DNA of 64,000 bases, from NCBI GenBank assembly GCA_965249135.1, contig OZ252220.1:1152001-1216000 (forward strand), read 5' to 3'. Positions 59,833-64,000 of the stretch are shown piece by piece; positions within the stretch are counted from its first letter, which is position 1; every line of letters begins with the position of its first letter. Position numbers and translations under genes: made by a program. Source of the stretch: Alphaproteobacteria bacterium. Lineage in GTDB: Bacteria; Pseudomonadota; Alphaproteobacteria; GCA-2746255. The notes beneath the pieces are model-generated. The model saw nothing but the letters and a program-made list of their open reading frames with translations, was not told the origin of the DNA and made no database searches.

Positions 59833-61518
59833 ATGCCCCATCCCCGTTCTTCCGACCAACTCCTCACCACGCTGATCCCTCTCGCCTACCGGGGGGTTCC
59901 CCTTGCGGTGTTGACGAACTTCATCGTTTCCACCCTCGTCGTCTTCGTGCTTTGGGGCACATCGCAAACCAGACCCTTGCCTATTGGCTGATCGGCGTCT
60001 TCATCGTTTCCAGTTCACGCCTCGGGCTTTGGATGCGTTTCCAAACGACGGCGATCGAGGTTGCGAATGTGCGGCGATGGGCAAATGGGTTGACGTTTAT
60101 CTCGGGTGCGAACGGCCTCATGTGGGGCCTTGCTGGTTTTTTTCTTTTCGTCCCCGACAATCCGTATCTGCAGACCTTTCTTCTCTTCGTCATCGGAGGC
60201 ATGGCGACCAGGGCGCTGGCCGTTTCCGGCCAATACATGCCGGCCTTTCAGGCGTTCTTCCTGCTGAGCCTGCCGGTGATCGGGATCCGGCTTTTCCTCA
60301 CCGGCGAGCCGGTAGAGCAGACGATGGCGGCGATGGTCGCCGTCTATAGCGTCGTCATCTTCTTCGCGGGCCTGCGCGTCGGCGAAAGTTTCATCAACGT
60401 CCTCACCTTGCAACAGCGCATCCGCGCGATCATGGACAACGTGTTCGATGGCATCGTCACCATCGACGCCCAAGGCCGCATCAAGTCGGCGAATCCGGTC
60501 ATCGAAAACATGTTCGGCTACACGGCGAAGGAAACGATCGGGAAGTCCTTCTTCGGTGATTGCATCCCGGCCGAGTACAACATCGACGCCTCGTCCCAAC
60601 TGCCGGTTTCCGGCGATTCGTGGAAATGGGGAACGGCGACTTCCGCCCGCGAACTCGTCGCCAAGCGAAAGGACGGCTCGACGTTTCTGGCGGATGTCGC
60701 GACAAGCAACGTGACCTATGGAGGCGAGGAGATCCACATCGCGACCGTCCGCGACATCACCGAGCAAAAGGCCATCCAGATCCAGCTGTTACAGACGTCC
60801 AAGCTGGCCACCCTCGGCCAGATGGCGGCCGGCATCGCCCATGAGCTGAACCAGCCCCTGAACGTCATCCGGATGGCCGCGGAAAACGCGCTGATCCGCC
60901 GGAAGGAGCGCACGCTGGATCCGGACTTCACGGAAGAAAAATTGGAGCGCATCGCGCAGCAATCCGAAAAGATGGGCGACATCATCAACCACCTTCGAAT
61001 GTTCAGCCATATCGACAAGGAGCGGGTGGAACTCTTCGATCTGGAGGCCGCCGTCAACCAATCCATCGAGCTGGTTCGGGACCAGTTCGACATCGACAAC
61101 ATTCAAATGCGCACCCAACTGCCCGACGGCCCTTTGATGGTGAAGGGTCACCCAAACCAGCTGGAGCATGTGTTGCTGAACCTCTTGAACAATGCGAGGG
61201 ACGCCATCAAGGAGCGGCGAAAGCACGATCCAAAGGCGCCTCGAACGGGGGAGGTGGACGTCGAGGTCCGCACGAACGGCTCGGAAGCGCCGATCACGGT
61301 CCGTGTTTCCGACAATGGTATGGGCATCGCATCGAAGGACCTGGATCAGATTTTTGATCCGTTCTTCACCACGAAGGTGGTCGGCGAAGGAACCGGCTTG
61401 GGGTTATCCATCGCTCAAGGTATTATCGGCGCCATGGGCGGGCAGCTTTCCGCCATGAACATCGCCAACGGCGCCTGTTTCGAGATTAAACTGCCCCAGG
61501 CACCGGGTAGTGAAAGCA
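59833..61518 (+). pseudogene. Paralogous multi-TM PAS histidine kinase with a -1 frameshift at about 59955; C-terminus cut by the intron
   Basis: MPHPRSSDQLLTT...VFVLW joins GHIANQTLAYW only with one extra base in the G4 run. AHELNQPL, NLLNNARDA, FDPFFTTK and GTGLGL. Confidence 0.8.
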
Positions 61519-63442
61519 GTAGAGTCGAGGAAGGGCGCGGTGGTTTGTACCGCATTGGCATCACTCCGTTTCCCTTCCCCGCTCATCAAGCCGGACGTGC
61601 GAATTTCCCGCATCCGGCTTTCCGACTGGCTTCATCCCGGGGCACACGGCGGGGGGCCAAGATGAACCCGGCGCAGCCGAAGCACGCCGAGATCCCCGAA
61701 CACGGTCCCAGCAGAGAACCGCGTGGTGCCGCGCGACGGCACCTTGTGACGCCTGACCAGAGAATGCCGCACGCGCTCATAGACGTAATTGTCGACCGCT
61801 CGATAGGCCGGCAGGCGCGTCCCGTAGCCGAAGTAGTGCGGCCAGCCGCGCAGCACGCTGTTCAGCTGGTCGCGCCTCGGGCCAGGGTGCCTGGTTGCCG
61901 GGCCGCAGGAGCCCTCGGACCTTCAGCTTGAGCCGAGCCACGCTCTTCCTGGACGGGCTCGCCCCCAGATACCAGTGGCCATCCTTGCGAAAGCGCTGCG
62001 GGCCGAAGCTATAGCCCAGGAAGTCGAAGCTCTCCTTGCGGCCATCGCGGACGCTGGTCTTGGCCTCGTTCAGGGTCAGTCCCAGCCGGGTCATCACCTG
62101 CCGCGTCCAGACCAAGGCCTCCCTCGCGTGTCCGCGACTGAGGATGACAAGGTCATCGGCATAGTTCACCACCTCGGCGCGGAACCTTGTGCCCTGCCCG
62201 GTGATCCGCCAGTACTTCAGAAAGCGGTTCATGTAGAGCGCGGCGAGCAGCGGCGAAACAATCCCGCCTTGCGGGGTTCCCCGTGTGCTCCCCCGGCCGC
62301 CCGTCATGCGCCGCTTGCCATCCCCGTCGGTCTCCTCGACCGGTGTCTTGAGCCACAATTTGATCAGGCGCAGGACGTTGCGATCGACGATCCGGCGCGC
62401 AACCGATTGCATCAGTTCCGCATGGGGAATCGTATCGAAGTACTTGGACAAATCCGCGTCAACCACGTCCGTGTAGCCGCGACAGAGAAGCTTGTGGACC
62501 GCCTGGACGGCATCGCCCGCAGAGCGTTTCGGTCGGTAGCCATAGGCACTGGGCTCGAGATCGGCCTCGAAGATCGGTTCGATCACGAGCTTGACGGCGC
62601 CTTGCACCACCCGGTCCCGGATCGTCGGGATGCCGAGCGGTCGTTCGCCGCCGCCGGGCTTTGGGACCATCGCCCGCCGCACCGGCTCAGGTCTGTACGT
62701 CTTGGCGCGAAGGTCGTCCCTGATCCCGGACAGCCACCCCTCCAGCCCCATCGCCTCGATCTCCTCGAAGCTCTGTCCATCCACCCCCGGCGCGCCCTTG
62801 TTGGACCGCGCCAGTCGGTAGGCATGGAACAGGATGTCTTCGCGATAGACCTTGTCGTAGAGCAGGTAGAAGCGGAAGTCCGGTTCCGCCTTCGCCTTGA
62901 GATAGAGCTTCCTCTGGAGAGTCCGGATCTTTTCAGGTGTTTGCAGGCGCATCGCCAATCACCCCGCCTCCTCTCCGTCAAAAGCGCACCAGAAGTAAGG
63001 GTGCTTCCCTCCGCCGGCATTACCCGGCATCAACGGTACTATCACCCTTTCCGATTCCCGCCCGCGCCGCCACCCGAGGTGACGTTGAGGCCGCTACCCT
63101 CGCCCGCGACGGGCCTCCCCCGATTACCCGTATCACCTTCCTTGCGTGCCGTGCCCACTACCCCGGCGGACCGGAACGGGTGCATTCGTCGGTTACTCCC
63201 CCGTTCCACGCGGCCTTCCCCTAATCTCAGGAGGGTCGGCGTCCATATCTTCACTTTCGAGGCCTGCTCAGGCTTCACTCGCGTTCGGCCCGCAAGGTCG
63301 CTCAACCGCCCAAGGCGGCCTTTGTCACAGGACTTCGGTCCCGCCGGTTACCCGACAAGACCGCCTGTCAGCTCCCAGATCAAACCGACAACTGTCTGGG
63401 TGGATCCTTCCTCCACTGGTGTTACGCGCCGTCGGGGCGCAC
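61519..63442 (-). mobile_element. Group II intron (IIB-like, no endonuclease domain)
   Basis: 5' GTGCG at 63442. Domain V AAGCCGGATGCGGGAAATTCGCACGTCCGGCTT at about 61588-61620. Domain VI ends in CTCGACTCTAC. Internal RT ORF. Confidence 0.92.
61632..62958 (-). pseudogene. ltrA: Group II intron reverse transcriptase/maturase, frameshifted in domain X
   Basis: APGVDG, RPLGIPTIRDR, DLSKYFD, GTPQGG and YADD. The LRGWPHYF maturase motif is in another frame after about 61875. Confidence 0.88.
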
Positions 63443-63482
63443 TAAGAATTTTCAGCTATTTGAGGAAACGACGGCTAGCTAC

Positions 63483-63854
63483 ATGGATGACAAGCAAAAA
63501 TCCGTTCTGATCGTCGATGACGATGCGCTTCAGCTGAAGGAGCTGTCGGATTTTCTGGCGACGCTGAACGTCGCATGCCTCCAGGAACAGAATGGCTATG
63601 GAGCGATCAACAGCATCAAGAAGAATCATCCCGACCTCGTCCTGCTGGATATCAAGATGCCGGGCCTGGACGGGATCGAGGTGGCCCGCCTGATCGAGAA
63701 GCTTACGCCTAGGCCGTCCGTCATCCTCATGTCCGGCCACGCCGATTGCGTGAGGGACGCGAACAACGCCGGGCTCGACGTGTTTGGGATCATCGACAAG
63801 CCGATTCCGCTGCGCGCCTTAAAGCGTTTCGTCGAACAGAAACTGACGGATTAG
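63483..63854 (+). CDS. Single-domain CheY-like response regulator
   Basis: VLIVDDD, LLDIKMPGLDG, MSGH and DKP. Confidence 0.9.
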   Translation: MDDKQKSVLIVDDDALQLKELSDFLATLNVACLQEQNGYGAINSIKKNHPDLVLLDIKMPGLDGIEVARLIEKLTPRPSVILMSGHADCVRDANNAGLDVFGIIDKPIPLRALKRFVEQKLTD

Positions 63855-64000
63855 CTCAAAAGCCCGGATTTAAGCGAACTCGGCTTTCGCTTCCTCGACG
63901 GCCTTCCGGTAGGCGGCATCCGATTCGTAAGGCCCATGGGCGCGGAACTCGGAAAGCCGCGCCTTCACGATCCCGCCCCCGTGGGGCAACACCTTGAAAT

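Noticed and set aside
61632-62958. RT as a retron, DGR or defence-associated RT
   Set aside because: A GTGCG 5' end, domain V/VI and maturase motifs identify an ordinary group II intron; no template/variable repeat pair or msr-msd was seen.

Overview
GC-rich chromosomal segment of an alphaproteobacterium (Rhodospirillales-like, inferred from gene order and protein style). Left to right: a split tungstate ABC system (tupC/tupB ... tupA), fetAB-like ABC pair, aldA, tRNA-Gly(CCC), an OmpR-family two-component pair, M50/CBS protease, fused 5-oxoprolinase, djlA, amidase and rnpB. Next is a complete dcw cluster (mraZ to ftsZ, lpxC, bamD, recN, ligA), then aminopeptidase P and uvrD. The right third is mosaic. 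(i) A 2.8 kb SacI-family restriction-modification cassette sits inside the 5' end of uvrD, flanked by a 63-bp imperfect duplication of the uvrD promoter and first 15 codons. (ii) A ~2 kb low-GC insert is bounded by a perfect 15-bp direct repeat, and its ORFs are broken only by in-frame TAG codons. (iii) The sahR-metF-metH operon and mlaC follow. (iv) Two tandem, frameshifted PAS histidine kinases precede a CheY-like regulator, with an antisense group II intron (frameshifted RT) inserted at the end of the second kinase. An unannotated, highly structured ~200-nt intergenic element at 7.7-7.9 kb is a candidate ncRNA. All assignments are by eye from motifs; no database searches were run.
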